A stretch of 64,000 bases of DNA from an uncultured Chloroflexia bacterium (GTDB taxonomy: Bacteria > Chloroflexota > Limnocylindria > Limnocylindrales > CSP1-4), in NCBI GenBank assembly GCA_963775855.1, contig CAVZKO010000005.1, positions 367,846 to 431,845 of the forward strand, read 5' to 3'. Each line of letters begins with the position of its first letter. Position 1 is the first letter of the stretch. A program made the position numbers and the translations under genes. The notes below the pieces were generated by a model. It made no database searches and was not told the DNA's origin. It saw nothing but the letters and a program-made list of their open reading frames with translations. Shown here in pieces: positions 43,059-53,769 of the stretch.

Positions 43059-43525
43059 CCGAGACCGGCGCCCGGGGGTCCGTCGCCTGGCGTCTGGCCC
43101 TGCGGGTGATGTATCGCTTCCTTCGGCTGATCGATCCGCTCATCCGCTCGTGGTTGCGGACGGGGGTCGGCGGCCTCGATGGCGTGGTGGAGGTTCGTGT
43201 GCCCGGCCGTAGGTCAGGAGCGATGCGCACGACCCTGCTCACGCTGCTGGGCGTCGATGGCGAGTGGTACATCGGCCACCCGAACGGCGACGCTGATTGG
43301 ACTCGGAATGCCGAAGCTGCTGGGATCGTGCAGATCGATCCGCCGGCGGCCGATGGCGACACGTTCTCGGTCGTTCGTCTCCCGCCGGGCCCAGAACGTG
43401 ATGCCGTGATCCGCGCGACCCGCACGCAGCAGCCGTTCCCGGGCAACCTGGTCTACCGCGCGGCGAATCGTCACATCGCCGCGGTCGGCGTCTATTTCCG
43501 ACTGGTTCCTGCCGAAGCGCGCTAA
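43055..43525 (+). CDS. Nitroreductase-family deazaflavin-dependent oxidoreductase-like protein (DUF385 type)
   Basis: ORF 43055..43525, 4-nt overlap with the upstream gene. The GRRSGAMRTTLLTLL..DGEWYIGHPNGDADWTRNAEAAG pattern resembles the family. Confidence 0.45.
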   Translation: MTETGARGSVAWRLALRVMYRFLRLIDPLIRSWLRTGVGGLDGVVEVRVPGRRSGAMRTTLLTLLGVDGEWYIGHPNGDADWTRNAEAAGIVQIDPPAADGDTFSVVRLPPGPERDAVIRATRTQQPFPGNLVYRAANRHIAAVGVYFRLVPAEAR

Positions 43526-43825
43526 GTCCGGTCGCTCAAACCCGATTTCGAAATGCGTCCAAACAAGCAGAACTCCCCTGGGTAGCGTCGGTTCCTGCGA
43601 TCGTTCCGCTTGCTTGAACGGATCACGAATCAGCCCGGGCGGGTGCGGGAATCCGGCGCGCTCAAACGGCGCCGCACCTAACGAGATTTGCGCTTGATTC
43701 TGAACGGCCGCAGTGCCAGCATTCAGGGTCTTCCGCGCCGACACGGCAACCCGCACCAGCCACCGCATTTCGGCGACCCGTCCGCGCCAGAATGGGTCGT
43801 CCGACAGGGGAGAGGAGGCTCACTG

Positions 43826-44332
<507 letters not shown>

Positions 44333-44354
44333 GGCCGAGGAGGAGGGTACAGCC

Positions 44355-46805
44355 ATGGCGACCGACGTCCTCGGAACCCCGGTCAAGCGAACCGAGGATC
44401 CCAAGTTCATCACCGGCAAGGGCCGCTACCTCGACGACATCAAGCTCCAGGGCATGGTCCACATGTCCATCCTTCGGAGCCCCTACGCGCACGCCAACAT
44501 CCGCTCGATCGACACATCGGCCGCGAAGACGATGCCGGGCGTGCTGGCGGTGTTCGTCGGCGCCGATATTCCGTACAACCCGCTGCCGATGGCCTGGCCG
44601 GCGGGTGGCGCGAGCGGCCTCCAGAACAACGTCAACACGCCGAGGATCCTCGCCACGGACGACGTCAAGTGGACCGGCGAAGGCGTGGCCGCGGTCATCG
44701 CCGAGACGCCGGAGCAGGCAGTCGACGCGCTGGAGGCCATCCAGGTCGACTACGAGCCGCTGCCAACGGTCGTCGACGCCGAGAAGGCGACCCAGGCCGG
44801 CGCGCCGCAGCTCCACGAGAACGCTCCGAACAACATCGTCTTCGACTGGAACGTTGGCGACAAGGCCGGCACCGACGCCGCGATCGACTCCGCCGAGGTC
44901 GTCGTCCGCCAGCGGATCATCAACCAGCGTCTGATCCCGAACCCGATGGAGGTTCGGGGCGATATCGGCTGGTACAACCCCGGCACCGACGAGTACACGG
45001 TCTGGATGTCGAGCCAGACGCCGCACATCCAGCGGCTCCTGCTCACGGCCTTTGTGACCGGCATCCCGGAGCACAAGGTCCGTGTCATCGCCCCCGACAT
45101 CGGCGGGGCGTTCGGCACGAAGATCTTCTGCTACGCCGACATGGCACTCGTCATGTTTGCCAGCAAGGCGATCGGTGGCCGGCCGGTCAAATGGGTCGAG
45201 ACCCGGCGCGAGAACTACCAGAGCACGATCCACGGCCGCGACCACATCACCTACCTGGAGATCGGCGGCACCCGCGACGGCGAGATCACCGGGCTTCGGG
45301 TCAAGACGTACGCCAATCTCGGCGGACGCCTCTCGACGATCGGACCGGGAATTCCCACGACGCTCTACGGCCGCGTCCTCGCGGGGCCCTACAAGTTCCC
45401 GAACGTCCATGGCGAGGTGATCGGCGTCTATACGAACACGACGTTCGTCGACGCCTATCGCGGCGCCGGGCGCCCCGAGGCGACCTATGTGGTCGAGCGG
45501 GCGATGGACCTCTTCGCCGACGAGATCGGCATGGACCATGCCGCGATTCGTCGGAAGAACTTCCTGCCGAATGACGCCTTTCCGTATGACAACCCTTCCG
45601 GCCTCGGGACGGCGGTGAACGGCGAGAAGGTCTACATCGACTCCGGGAACTATGAGCCGGCCTTGAACAAGGCCCTCACGATGGTCGACTACTACAAGCT
45701 CGACGAGAAGCGAGCGGAGGCCAAGGCGCGGGGCAAGCTGCTGGGTGTCGGCCTCAGCACGTACATCGAGATCTGCGGCGTCGCGCCCTCAAAGTGGATC
45801 GGCGCAGTCGGCGAGGGCTGGGGCGCGGCCATGTGGGAATCGGCCAACCTCAAGGTCCATCTCACCGGCAAGATCATCCTGACCATGGGCACCCAGCCGC
45901 AGGGCCAGGGCCACGAGACGACCTACGCCCAGATCATCTCCAGCGAGCTCGGCGTCCCCATGGAGGACGTCATCGTCCAGCACTCCGACACCCTGGGGAC
46001 GCCGTTCGGCTACGGCTCCTACGGCAGCCGGACCTCATCGGTCGGAAGCACCGCCGCGATCAAGGCGGCCGGCAAAGTCCGCGAAAAGGCCAAGCGCTAC
46101 GCCGCCCACATGCTCGAGGCGAACGTCGAGGACATCGAGGTCGACGGCGCCAACTACTCGGTCAAGGGCTCGCCCGACAAGGTCAAGACGATCCAGGAGA
46201 TCGCGTTCGCGATCGATCTCGGCTTCAGCCTGCCCGACGGAATGGAGCCGTACCTCGACGAGACCGCCTACCACGACACGCCGAACTGCACGTTCCCGTT
46301 CGGGACCCATATCGCGATCGTCGAGATCGACGAGCAGACCGGCAAGGTCGACCTCGTCCGCTATGTGGCGGTCGACGATGTCGGCAACAAGATCAACCCG
46401 ATGATCGTCGACGGGCAGCTCCACGGCGGCATCGCCCAGGGCGTCGGCCAGGCGCTCTGGGAAGGCGCGATCTACAGCGACGACGGGCAGCTCCAGAGCG
46501 GCTCGATGATGGATTACGCGGTGCCGCGAGCCTCGTGGTTCCCGAACCTCGAGCTCGACGAGACCGTGACTCCGTCGCCTGTCAATCCGCTCGGCGTCAA
46601 GGGCGTCGGCGAGGCCGGCGCGATCGCCTCGACCGCGGCGGCTGCCAATGCGGTCATCGACGCGCTGTCGCCGCTCGGGATCAGACATCTGGACATGCCG
46701 TACACGTCGCAGACCGTGTGGCGGGCGATTCAGGAAGCGAAGGGCGGAGCCAAGGGCACTGCCGACCGTACGAATGGTTCGAACGGGAAGGGAGGCCCGG
46801 CATGA
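44355..46805 (+). CDS. coxL: Molybdopterin-binding large subunit, CODH form II-type (AYRGAGR active-site loop)
   Basis: ORF 44355..46805, intact, 816 aa. AYRGAGR is encoded at 45453-45473. GGAFG, GQGHETT and GVGE motifs. Confidence 0.9.
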   Translation: MATDVLGTPVKRTEDPKFITGKGRYLDDIKLQGMVHMSILRSPYAHANIRSIDTSAAKTMPGVLAVFVGADIPYNPLPMAWPAGGASGLQNNVNTPRILATDDVKWTGEGVAAVIAETPEQAVDALEAIQVDYEPLPTVVDAEKATQAGAPQLHENAPNNIVFDWNVGDKAGTDAAIDSAEVVVRQRIINQRLIPNPMEVRGDIGWYNPGTDEYTVWMSSQTPHIQRLLLTAFVTGIPEHKVRVIAPDIGGAFGTKIFCYADMALVMFASKAIGGRPVKWVETRRENYQSTIHGRDHITYLEIGGTRDGEITGLRVKTYANLGGRLSTIGPGIPTTLYGRVLAGPYKFPNVHGEVIGVYTNTTFVDAYRGAGRPEATYVVERAMDLFADEIGMDHAAIRRKNFLPNDAFPYDNPSGLGTAVNGEKVYIDSGNYEPALNKALTMVDYYKLDEKRAEAKARGKLLGVGLSTYIEICGVAPSKWIGAVGEGWGAAMWESANLKVHLTGKIILTMGTQPQGQGHETTYAQIISSELGVPMEDVIVQHSDTLGTPFGYGSYGSRTSSVGSTAAIKAAGKVREKAKRYAAHMLEANVEDIEVDGANYSVKGSPDKVKTIQEIAFAIDLGFSLPDGMEPYLDETAYHDTPNCTFPFGTHIAIVEIDEQTGKVDLVRYVAVDDVGNKINPMIVDGQLHGGIAQGVGQALWEGAIYSDDGQLQSGSMMDYAVPRASWFPNLELDETVTPSPVNPLGVKGVGEAGAIASTAAAANAVIDALSPLGIRHLDMPYTSQTVWRAIQEAKGGAKGTADRTNGSNGKGGPA

Positions 46806-47641
46806 TCCCGGCGGCGTTCGACTACACCCGGCCCGCCTCGCTTGACGAGGCCGTCGCCGCCATCGGAAGCGGTGGCAAGGTGATCGCCGGGGGTCATAGC
46901 ATCCTGCCCCTGCTCAAGCTGCGGGTCGCCGCAACGGACCGGCTCATCGACATCGGTCGCATCGCGGAGCTGAAGGGCTACCGGTCGCTGCCCGATGGCG
47001 GCGTCGAGATCGGGGCCCTGACGACCTACGCCGAATGGCAGGCGGCGACGACCGTCCCGGCCGTAGCCGAGGCGATCGACCTGATCGCCGACGTCCAGGT
47101 CCGCAACCGCGGCACCATCGGCGGTTCGATCGCCCACGCCGATCCGGCGTCCGACGCGCCGGCGATCGCCCTGGCGTACGGCGGCTCGGCCGTCCTGCGC
47201 GGGCCCGGTGGCGAACGGGTCGTCCCGCTGGACGGCTTCTTCGAGGGGCCGTTCACCACCGGAATGCGGGACGACGAGATCCTTGTCTCGATCCGCCGAC
47301 CGGCCGTCCCCGACGGTGCCGGCTTCGCATTTCGCAAGCTCGCGCAGCCGGCGTCCGGTTACTCGATCGTCGGGGTTGCTGCGCTCGTTGCGATGACCGG
47401 CGGCAAGATCACCCACGCCGGCATCGGCGTCACCGGAGTCCATGAGCATCCGTACAGGGCCGAGGACGTCGAGGCGGCGCTCATCGGGACGGACGGGAGT
47501 GACGAGGCGATCGCCGCCGCGGCCGCCCACGTCACCGATGGTGTGGAGGTCAACGGCGATATCCACGCCGATCCGACATACCGCGCGGCGATGGCCGTCG
47601 TCTACACGCGGCGCGCGATCGAGGGCGCTCTCGGCCGCTGA
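46802..47641 (+). CDS. coxM: FAD-binding medium subunit (CoxM type)
   Basis: ATG 46802, ATGA overlap with the coxL stop. MIPAAFDYTRPASLDEA, AGGHSILPLLKLR, RNRGTIGGSIAHADP. It is the tail of ORF 45794..47641. Confidence 0.9.
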   Translation: MIPAAFDYTRPASLDEAVAAIGSGGKVIAGGHSILPLLKLRVAATDRLIDIGRIAELKGYRSLPDGGVEIGALTTYAEWQAATTVPAVAEAIDLIADVQVRNRGTIGGSIAHADPASDAPAIALAYGGSAVLRGPGGERVVPLDGFFEGPFTTGMRDDEILVSIRRPAVPDGAGFAFRKLAQPASGYSIVGVAALVAMTGGKITHAGIGVTGVHEHPYRAEDVEAALIGTDGSDEAIAAAAAHVTDGVEVNGDIHADPTYRAAMAVVYTRRAIEGALGR

Positions 47642-47662
47642 GGCCGGGCTCATCCACGGAGC

Positions 47663-48706
47663 GTGCGACTCGCGCAGATCGTTGCCGGTCGTCGCCCTCC
47701 GGACGGGCTGGTCGGGGCGATCCTGACGGTCGACGTCGTGGTCGGCGGCCGGCGCTGGTCGAAGGGCCGGCGGCTGTCCGAGGCGGACCTGGACGAGTAC
47801 GGGGCGGAGCTCACCGTGGGTGGCGCCACGGTTCTCATCCTCGACCCGGGCGAGCTGCACGAGGACGACGCCGCGTTGCGTCTCGCGTTCGCCGTTGCCG
47901 GATCCGGGCTGGAAACGCGCGGGCCGGTCCAGAGCCGAGTCGATCTGCGGGCGGCTAACGACGGCGTCCTCCACGTCAGGGTCGGAACGCTGGAGCGCGT
48001 CAATCGCCTCGACCCGCTCGAGGTCTTCACGGCGTTTGACGGCTCGATCGTCGAGGCCGGCGATCTCGTGGCGAGCGTCAAGATCGCGCCGCACGTGGTC
48101 GCCGAATCCGTCATCGAGGAGGCCATCGCGCGGTTGGGGTCGGCGCGGCGGCCGCTCGTCTGGGTCGATCCATTCCGGCCGATGCGCGTCGTGGCGGTCG
48201 TCAAGGAGTCGCTCCGCGCCGCCGATCGCGATCGTTTCGAGCGGAGCGTCCGCGACAAGGTGGAAGCCCTGGGGTCGATGCTGACGGCGGTCATGTACGT
48301 CGCCGACGACGACGCCGCCGTGACCGAGGCCCTCGCCGGAGTGGCCACGGGCTCGCCCCAGGCCGACGTCATCCTGACTGCAGGCGGTCGCAGCACGGAC
48401 CCGCTGGACCCGTTCTACGTCGCGATCGAGCGTCTCGGTGGGGCGGTCGTGCGGCACGGGGTGCCGGCCCATCCGGGCTCGATGCTCTGGCTCGCGCGGA
48501 TCGGCCGGACTGCTGTTCTCGGCCTCCCGACATGCGGCGCTTACTCGAAGGCCACCGCCGCCGACCTCGTCCTGCCGCGACTCCTCGCCGGGGAGCGCCC
48601 GGGTCCGAGGCTCGTTGCGGGCCTGGGCCATGGCGGCCTCCTGACCCGCGACCAGCGGTTCCGCTTTCCCCGCTATGCCCGCGAGCTCGACGCTCCGGAC
48701 GGCTGA
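47663..48706 (+). CDS. Molybdopterin-binding (MoCF-biosynthesis/MoeA-CinA-like domain) protein
   Basis: ORF 47663..48706 (GTG). C-terminal DVILTAGGRSTDPLDP...GVPAHPGSMLWLARIG...VLGLPTC resembles an MoCF-binding domain. It sits in the cox maturation context. Confidence 0.55.
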   Translation: MRLAQIVAGRRPPDGLVGAILTVDVVVGGRRWSKGRRLSEADLDEYGAELTVGGATVLILDPGELHEDDAALRLAFAVAGSGLETRGPVQSRVDLRAANDGVLHVRVGTLERVNRLDPLEVFTAFDGSIVEAGDLVASVKIAPHVVAESVIEEAIARLGSARRPLVWVDPFRPMRVVAVVKESLRAADRDRFERSVRDKVEALGSMLTAVMYVADDDAAVTEALAGVATGSPQADVILTAGGRSTDPLDPFYVAIERLGGAVVRHGVPAHPGSMLWLARIGRTAVLGLPTCGAYSKATAADLVLPRLLAGERPGPRLVAGLGHGGLLTRDQRFRFPRYARELDAPDG

Positions 48707-48734
48707 CGGTCCGTGCGCGGTGTAGATTCCGAAG

Positions 48735-49679
48735 ATGCCCAACCCGCCAGACGCTCCCGGCACGCCTCTCCCGACCGGCGCGGCCGCCCTCGCCACGATC
48801 GAGGGGATCCAGGACGCGTTCTTCGCCCGCGACTACGTGTGCGACCGATCCCTCGCGACGGCGACGTACCTCGCCCTTCAGCTCGCCCGGCCGCTGCTCC
48901 TCGAGGGCGAGGCGGGAGTCGGCAAGACGGAGCTCGCGAAGGTCCTGGCAGCGAGCCTCGGGGCGCGGCTGATCCGGCTCCAGTGCTACGAAGGGCTCGA
49001 CGTCAACGCGGCCGTCTACGAGTGGAACTACCCGCGCCAGATGCTCGAAATCCGGCTCCTCGAGGCCCGCGGCGAGGCGACGAGCGCGAACGCCCACGAC
49101 ATCTTCGGGCCCGATTTCCTCATCCGCCGGCCACTCCTCCAGGCCCTCGAGGCCGACCCCGCCGAGGAGCCGCCGGTCCTGCTCATCGACGAGATCGACC
49201 GCGCTGACGAGGAGTTCGAGGCCTACCTCCTCGAGATCCTGTCCGACTTCCAGGTCACGGTCCCGGAGATCGGCACGATCAAGGCGGAGCGGCCGCCACG
49301 GGTCATCCTCACCTCGAACCGAACTCGCGAGGTTCATGACGCGCTCAAACGCCGCTGCCTCTACCACTGGATCGACTATCCGTCGGCCCAGAAGGAGTTC
49401 GAGATCGTCTCCGCGCGTGTGCCCGAGGCGCCAGAACAGCTCGCCCGCGAGGTCGTCGGCTTCGTCCACCGGCTGCGCGAGGCCGACCTGACAAAGGTGC
49501 CCGGGATCGCCGAGACGCTCGACTGGGCCGCCGCCCTCCTGTCGCTCGGAGCCCGCGAGCTCGCGCCGGAGATCGTCGACGAGACCCTCGGCGTCGTCCT
49601 CAAGTACGAGGAGGACATCCGGCGGGTCCGTGGCGAGACGTCACGCCGGTATCTCGCCGAGGCGGCCGCACGGCCCTGA
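48735..49679 (+). CDS. coxD: MoxR-type AAA+ ATPase (CoxD-like)
   Basis: ORF 48735..49679. Walker A EGEAGVGKTE, Walker B VLLIDEIDRADEE, and a SNRTRE sensor region. Confidence 0.85.
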   Translation: MPNPPDAPGTPLPTGAAALATIEGIQDAFFARDYVCDRSLATATYLALQLARPLLLEGEAGVGKTELAKVLAASLGARLIRLQCYEGLDVNAAVYEWNYPRQMLEIRLLEARGEATSANAHDIFGPDFLIRRPLLQALEADPAEEPPVLLIDEIDRADEEFEAYLLEILSDFQVTVPEIGTIKAERPPRVILTSNRTREVHDALKRRCLYHWIDYPSAQKEFEIVSARVPEAPEQLAREVVGFVHRLREADLTKVPGIAETLDWAAALLSLGARELAPEIVDETLGVVLKYEEDIRRVRGETSRRYLAEAAARP

Positions 49680-49683
49680 CCGG

Positions 49684-51087
49684 ATGGCCATGAGCCACGC
49701 TCCCGATCCCGCGATCGTCCGGTCGCCGAGCGGCGACGAGGTCGACGGGCGACGGCTGCTCGCCGAAGCCGTCGGGTTCGGGCGGGCCCTCAGGCGAGCC
49801 GGCCTGTCGATCGATCTCGGTGCCGCTGTCGACTACGCCCGGGCGCTGACGCTCGTCGATCTCGGCCAGCGTGAGACGGTCCGCGCCGCCGGCTCCGCGG
49901 TCTTCGTCCGACGCCGCGACGATCGCGAGGTCTACGACCGAATCTTCGATCGCTGGTGGCGGCGGCGCGGCCGGCGGCTGCCCGGGGAAGGTCCGCTGCC
50001 GGCGGCACCACACGAGGAGGCGCCGCCCGGCGCCGAGGAAGCGGATGGCGGCCCTGCGGACCACGACGATGCCGGGGCCGACGAAGGCACTGTCGATGGC
50101 GTCCCCATGCCGATGTCGGGCGGCGACGAGTCGATGGACGAAGCCGACATCGACGGGCACGTCGCCGCGCCGGATGCGTACAGTGCGGCCGAGGCGCTCC
50201 GCCACCGCGACTTCGACCGCATGACCCCGGCCGAGCTCCGCGACGCCGAGCGGCTGGTCGACCTACTCGTACCCCGATTCGAGCTCCGCCGGACGCGCCG
50301 CTACGAGCTCCACCACCACGGCCGGCTGCTCGCCCCACGGGCGATGCTCCGGCGCAACCTCGCGACGGGCGGCCAATTCACCGAATGGGTCTGGCGGCGG
50401 ACGGTGAAGCGGCCGCGCAAGATCGTCGTCCTGTGCGACATCTCCGGTTCGATGGAGCGTCATTCGCGGCTGCTCCTGCGGTTCGTCCAGGCGCTCTCGG
50501 CGTCGTCGGCCGTGAAGACCGAGTCGTTCGTGTTCGGAACGAAGCTGACCCGGGTGACGCGGCTGCTGCGCGACCGCGATAGGGATCGCGCCCTCGCCCG
50601 TGTCGCGGACGCAGTCAGCGATTGGGCGGGCGGGACCCGGATCGGCGAGTCGTTCCGCGAGTTCAACCTGCGCTGGGCGCGTCGGACGCTCAGGACGAGC
50701 GGCATCGTCATCGTCGTGTCGGACGGCTGGGACCGGGGCGATCCGGCGCTTGTCGCGACCGAAACGGCGCGCCTCCGCCGCAACTGCCATCGGCTCGTCT
50801 GGCTCAACCCGCTCGCAGGAACGCTCGGCTACGAGCCGCTCGCCGGCGGGATGCGGGCGGCGTTCCCGTACATCGACGACTTCCTGCCGGCCGGGACCGT
50901 CGCCAGCCTCGAGCGCCTCGGCGAGATCCTCGCTGGCGTCCGCTCGAGCGACGTCCGGCGGGGCGGGGAAGCGGCGGCTTCGGCCGATGCCGGCGCGCGC
51001 GCCGGAGTGACGATTCGCGACCTCGCGCCGCCACGGACGGTCTTCCCCGGCCACGTCCCGACCACGGAAGCGCGGCCCCTCCAATGA
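49684..51087 (+). CDS. coxE: VWA-domain protein (CoxE-like)
   Basis: ORF 49630..51087. ATG 49684 lies 4 nt after the coxD stop. The C-terminal VVLCDISGSMERHS is a MIDAS DxSxS motif, followed by VVSDGWDRGD. Confidence 0.8.
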   Translation: MAMSHAPDPAIVRSPSGDEVDGRRLLAEAVGFGRALRRAGLSIDLGAAVDYARALTLVDLGQRETVRAAGSAVFVRRRDDREVYDRIFDRWWRRRGRRLPGEGPLPAAPHEEAPPGAEEADGGPADHDDAGADEGTVDGVPMPMSGGDESMDEADIDGHVAAPDAYSAAEALRHRDFDRMTPAELRDAERLVDLLVPRFELRRTRRYELHHHGRLLAPRAMLRRNLATGGQFTEWVWRRTVKRPRKIVVLCDISGSMERHSRLLLRFVQALSASSAVKTESFVFGTKLTRVTRLLRDRDRDRALARVADAVSDWAGGTRIGESFREFNLRWARRTLRTSGIVIVVSDGWDRGDPALVATETARLRRNCHRLVWLNPLAGTLGYEPLAGGMRAAFPYIDDFLPAGTVASLERLGEILAGVRSSDVRRGGEAAASADAGARAGVTIRDLAPPRTVFPGHVPTTEARPLQ

Positions 51088-52184
51088 AGGAGCTCCTGCC
51101 GACGCTCGAAGCCTGGCGCCGGGACGGCGTCGGGATCGGCCGGGCGGTCGTCGTCCGGACGTTCGGCTCGGCGCCGCGTCCCGAAGGCGCCGTGCTCCTG
51201 CGCGCCGACGACGGGCGGATCGCAGGCTCGGTCAGCGGCGGTTGTGTCGAGGGCGCGGCGGCGGAGGAGATCGAGCGCGCCCGGCGCGACGGCAACTCAC
51301 GGGTCATCCGGTACGGGATCAGCGACGAGGAGGCGTGGGACGTCGGGCTGGCATGTGGCGGCACGATCGACGTCCTCATCGAGCCGGCCTTGCCGGCGTC
51401 GGTCGAGACGGGTGCGCGGGACCGCAGCATCGCCGTCGCGACGGTCTTGCCCGCGGACGCGCCGCCCGCCGAGTTCGGGTCGTGGCCGCCGGGCGACGGC
51501 GCCCCGCCGCCGCCGCAGGTCGTCGTCGGGAGCGATGGGATCGTCGAAGGCACGCTGGGCTCGCCCGCAGCGGATGTCGCGCTCGTCGCGTCTGTCCGGG
51601 AAGCGCTGCTCCGGGGGACATCGCGGACGGTCGAGATCGAGGGCCGATCGGTGTTCGTCGAGGCGTTCCCCGCCAGGCCACGGCTCGTCGTCGTCGGCGC
51701 AGTCGAGGTCGCCCGCTCTCTCGTCCGCTTCGCCCGTGAGCTCGGCTACGAGACGATCGTCATCGACGGTCGGGCGTCGTTCGCGACACCGGAGCGCTTC
51801 CCGCCCGACCAGGTCGACCGGCTCATCGTCGGCTGGCCGGACGAGGTCGCCGACGAGATCGGGCTCGGGCCGGACGACGCCGTCGCGGTGCTGACCCACG
51901 ACGTCAAGTTCGACGAGCCAGCGATCATCGAGGCCCTCCGCCGCAATTGCCGCTACGTCGGGGCGGTCGGCAGCCGCAAGACGCAGGGCGACCGGCGTGA
52001 GCGGCTGCGAGCGGCCGGAGTGGGGGAAGATGAGCTGGCGCGGCTGCGCGGTCCCGTCGGCCTCGACCTCGGCGGCCGGGCTCCGGCCGAGACCGCCCTT
52101 GCGATCATCGCGGAGGTCGTCGCGAACCGCTACGGTGGGAGCGGCGTGCCGATGCGCGAGAGGGTGGTCGAGGCCACGAGGTGA
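51084..52184 (+). CDS. XdhC/CoxI-family molybdenum-cofactor insertion chaperone
   Basis: ATG 51084 (ATGA overlap). AVVVRTFGSAPRPEGAVLL...GSVSGGCVEG at the N-terminus. A Rossmann-like VVVGAVEVARSL...THD...D and GLDLGGRAPAETALAI at the C-terminus. Confidence 0.85.
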   Translation: MKELLPTLEAWRRDGVGIGRAVVVRTFGSAPRPEGAVLLRADDGRIAGSVSGGCVEGAAAEEIERARRDGNSRVIRYGISDEEAWDVGLACGGTIDVLIEPALPASVETGARDRSIAVATVLPADAPPAEFGSWPPGDGAPPPPQVVVGSDGIVEGTLGSPAADVALVASVREALLRGTSRTVEIEGRSVFVEAFPARPRLVVVGAVEVARSLVRFARELGYETIVIDGRASFATPERFPPDQVDRLIVGWPDEVADEIGLGPDDAVAVLTHDVKFDEPAIIEALRRNCRYVGAVGSRKTQGDRRERLRAAGVGEDELARLRGPVGLDLGGRAPAETALAIIAEVVANRYGGSGVPMRERVVEATR

Positions 52185-53575
52185 ACGTCGCGGCGATCGT
52201 TCTGGCGGCGGGGGCGTCGAGCCGGTTCGGGTCGCCGAAGGCCCTCGCGCTCCTCGAGGGCCGGCCGATCCTCGAGCATGTCCTCGATGCCGTCCGGACG
52301 GCCGGGATCGACGAGATCGTCGTCGTCCTCGGTCACGCTGCCCAGGAGATCGAGGACGGGATCGACTGGCTGTCGGAGCAGCGGGTTCGCAATCCCGATC
52401 CACGCCATCTGTCCGGTTCGCTGCAGATCGGTCTCGCGGCCGCGCTCGAGATCGAGCCGCCGGTCAAGGCGGTCGTCGTCGTCCTCGGCGACCAGCCGCG
52501 GACGCGGCCGGAGGTGATCAGGGCGTTGATCGCGGCCGGCCGATCGGGCGAGCATCCGGTGGTCATCCCGCAGTACGCCGACGGCGGCGGCGCGAACCCC
52601 GTTCTCCTGCGCGAGGACGGCTTCGGGCTGGTCGACGAGGCGAGCGGCGACCGCGGGCTCGGGCCGATCCTTGCCTCGGATCCCGATCTCGTCCTCGAGG
52701 TGCCGGTCGGCGGCTCGAACCCCGATATTGATGCGCCGCTCGATCTCGCCGAGCTCGCCTGGGCCGAACGGGTGCGGGCCAATCGGGAACAGGTCGACCG
52801 CGTTCGCGAGGTCCCGGACGGGGCCGACTTCTACGCGCCGGTCAGCGGGCTCTTCAGGGTCGATCCGGATCGGCGCGACGATCCGGTCCTCGTCGAGCTG
52901 CTGGCGCTCGCCGGTCCGAGTGAAACGTGGCTCGACATCGGGGCGGGGGCGGGTCGGTTCGCCCTGCCGCTCGCCCGGGTCGTCAAGGAGGTCGTCGCGA
53001 TCGAGCCTTCGACTGGGATGCTCGATGCGTTGCGAGAGGACATGTCGACCCACGGCATCACGAACATCCGTCCGGTCGAAGCGCGCTGGCCGATGGACGA
53101 CCCGCCGGCTGGCGACGTCGCGCTCATGGCCCACGTCGGCTACGACATCGAGGCGATCGTGCCGTTCGTTCGCGCCGCCGAGGCGTCCGCGCGGCGGCTC
53201 TGCGTCGCCGTCCTGATGGAGCGCCAGCCGGCGTCACTGGCCGACCCGTTCTGGCCGATCGTCCACGGCGAGGCGCGTGTCTCGCTGCCGGCGTTGCCCG
53301 AATTCGTCGACCTGCTGGAGGCGGCCGGCCGCTCCCCGACGGTGACGACGACGGAGCGTGAGCCGCGTCGCTTCTCGAGCCGCGCGGAGCTCGAGGGATT
53401 CCTGCGCCGTCAGTTGTGGATCGAGGACGGCGGCGAGAAGGAGCGTCGGTTCAACGCCGCACTCGACGAGTTGATCGTCGAGGGCCCTGACGGCGGGTTC
53501 GGCCTCACCGGTCAGGCCGCGCCGCCGATCGGCATCGTCACCTGGGAGCCACCAGCCAAGGGAGGATCGAAATGA
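52181..53575 (+). CDS. Fusion: MobA/MocA-like molybdenum-cofactor nucleotidyltransferase + class I SAM-dependent methyltransferase
   Basis: ORF 52181..53575 (GTG, GTGA overlap), 464 aa, uninterrupted. The N-terminus AIVLAAGASSRFGSPKAL...LGDQP...DIDAPLDL is MocA-like. The C-terminus WLDIGAGAGRFALPLA...VVAIEPS carries SAM motif I. Confidence 0.75.
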   Translation: MNVAAIVLAAGASSRFGSPKALALLEGRPILEHVLDAVRTAGIDEIVVVLGHAAQEIEDGIDWLSEQRVRNPDPRHLSGSLQIGLAAALEIEPPVKAVVVVLGDQPRTRPEVIRALIAAGRSGEHPVVIPQYADGGGANPVLLREDGFGLVDEASGDRGLGPILASDPDLVLEVPVGGSNPDIDAPLDLAELAWAERVRANREQVDRVREVPDGADFYAPVSGLFRVDPDRRDDPVLVELLALAGPSETWLDIGAGAGRFALPLARVVKEVVAIEPSTGMLDALREDMSTHGITNIRPVEARWPMDDPPAGDVALMAHVGYDIEAIVPFVRAAEASARRLCVAVLMERQPASLADPFWPIVHGEARVSLPALPEFVDLLEAAGRSPTVTTTEREPRRFSSRAELEGFLRRQLWIEDGGEKERRFNAALDELIVEGPDGGFGLTGQAAPPIGIVTWEPPAKGGSK

Positions 53576-53769
53576 CCGAGGATCGACCGCTCGGCGATCG
53601 GAACATGCCGATGTGCCCGATCTGTGGCAACAACACGTTCCAGCAGGAGCGAGGCAAGGTCGACAGCGCGTGGGGCCTGACGGCCCATCGCGTGACGATG
53701 CTCATCTGTGAGCGGTGTCAGTTCGTGCTGCAGTTCTACGACGGCAACACCATCTTCGACTTCGACTAG
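53572..53769 (+). CDS. Small zinc-ribbon protein (CPICG...CERC)
   Basis: ORF 53572..53769. ATGA overlap with the upstream stop. Strong SD GGGAGGA, 5 nt upstream. Two CxxC pairs 28 residues apart. Confidence 0.55.
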   Translation: MTEDRPLGDRNMPMCPICGNNTFQQERGKVDSAWGLTAHRVTMLICERCQFVLQFYDGNTIFDFD

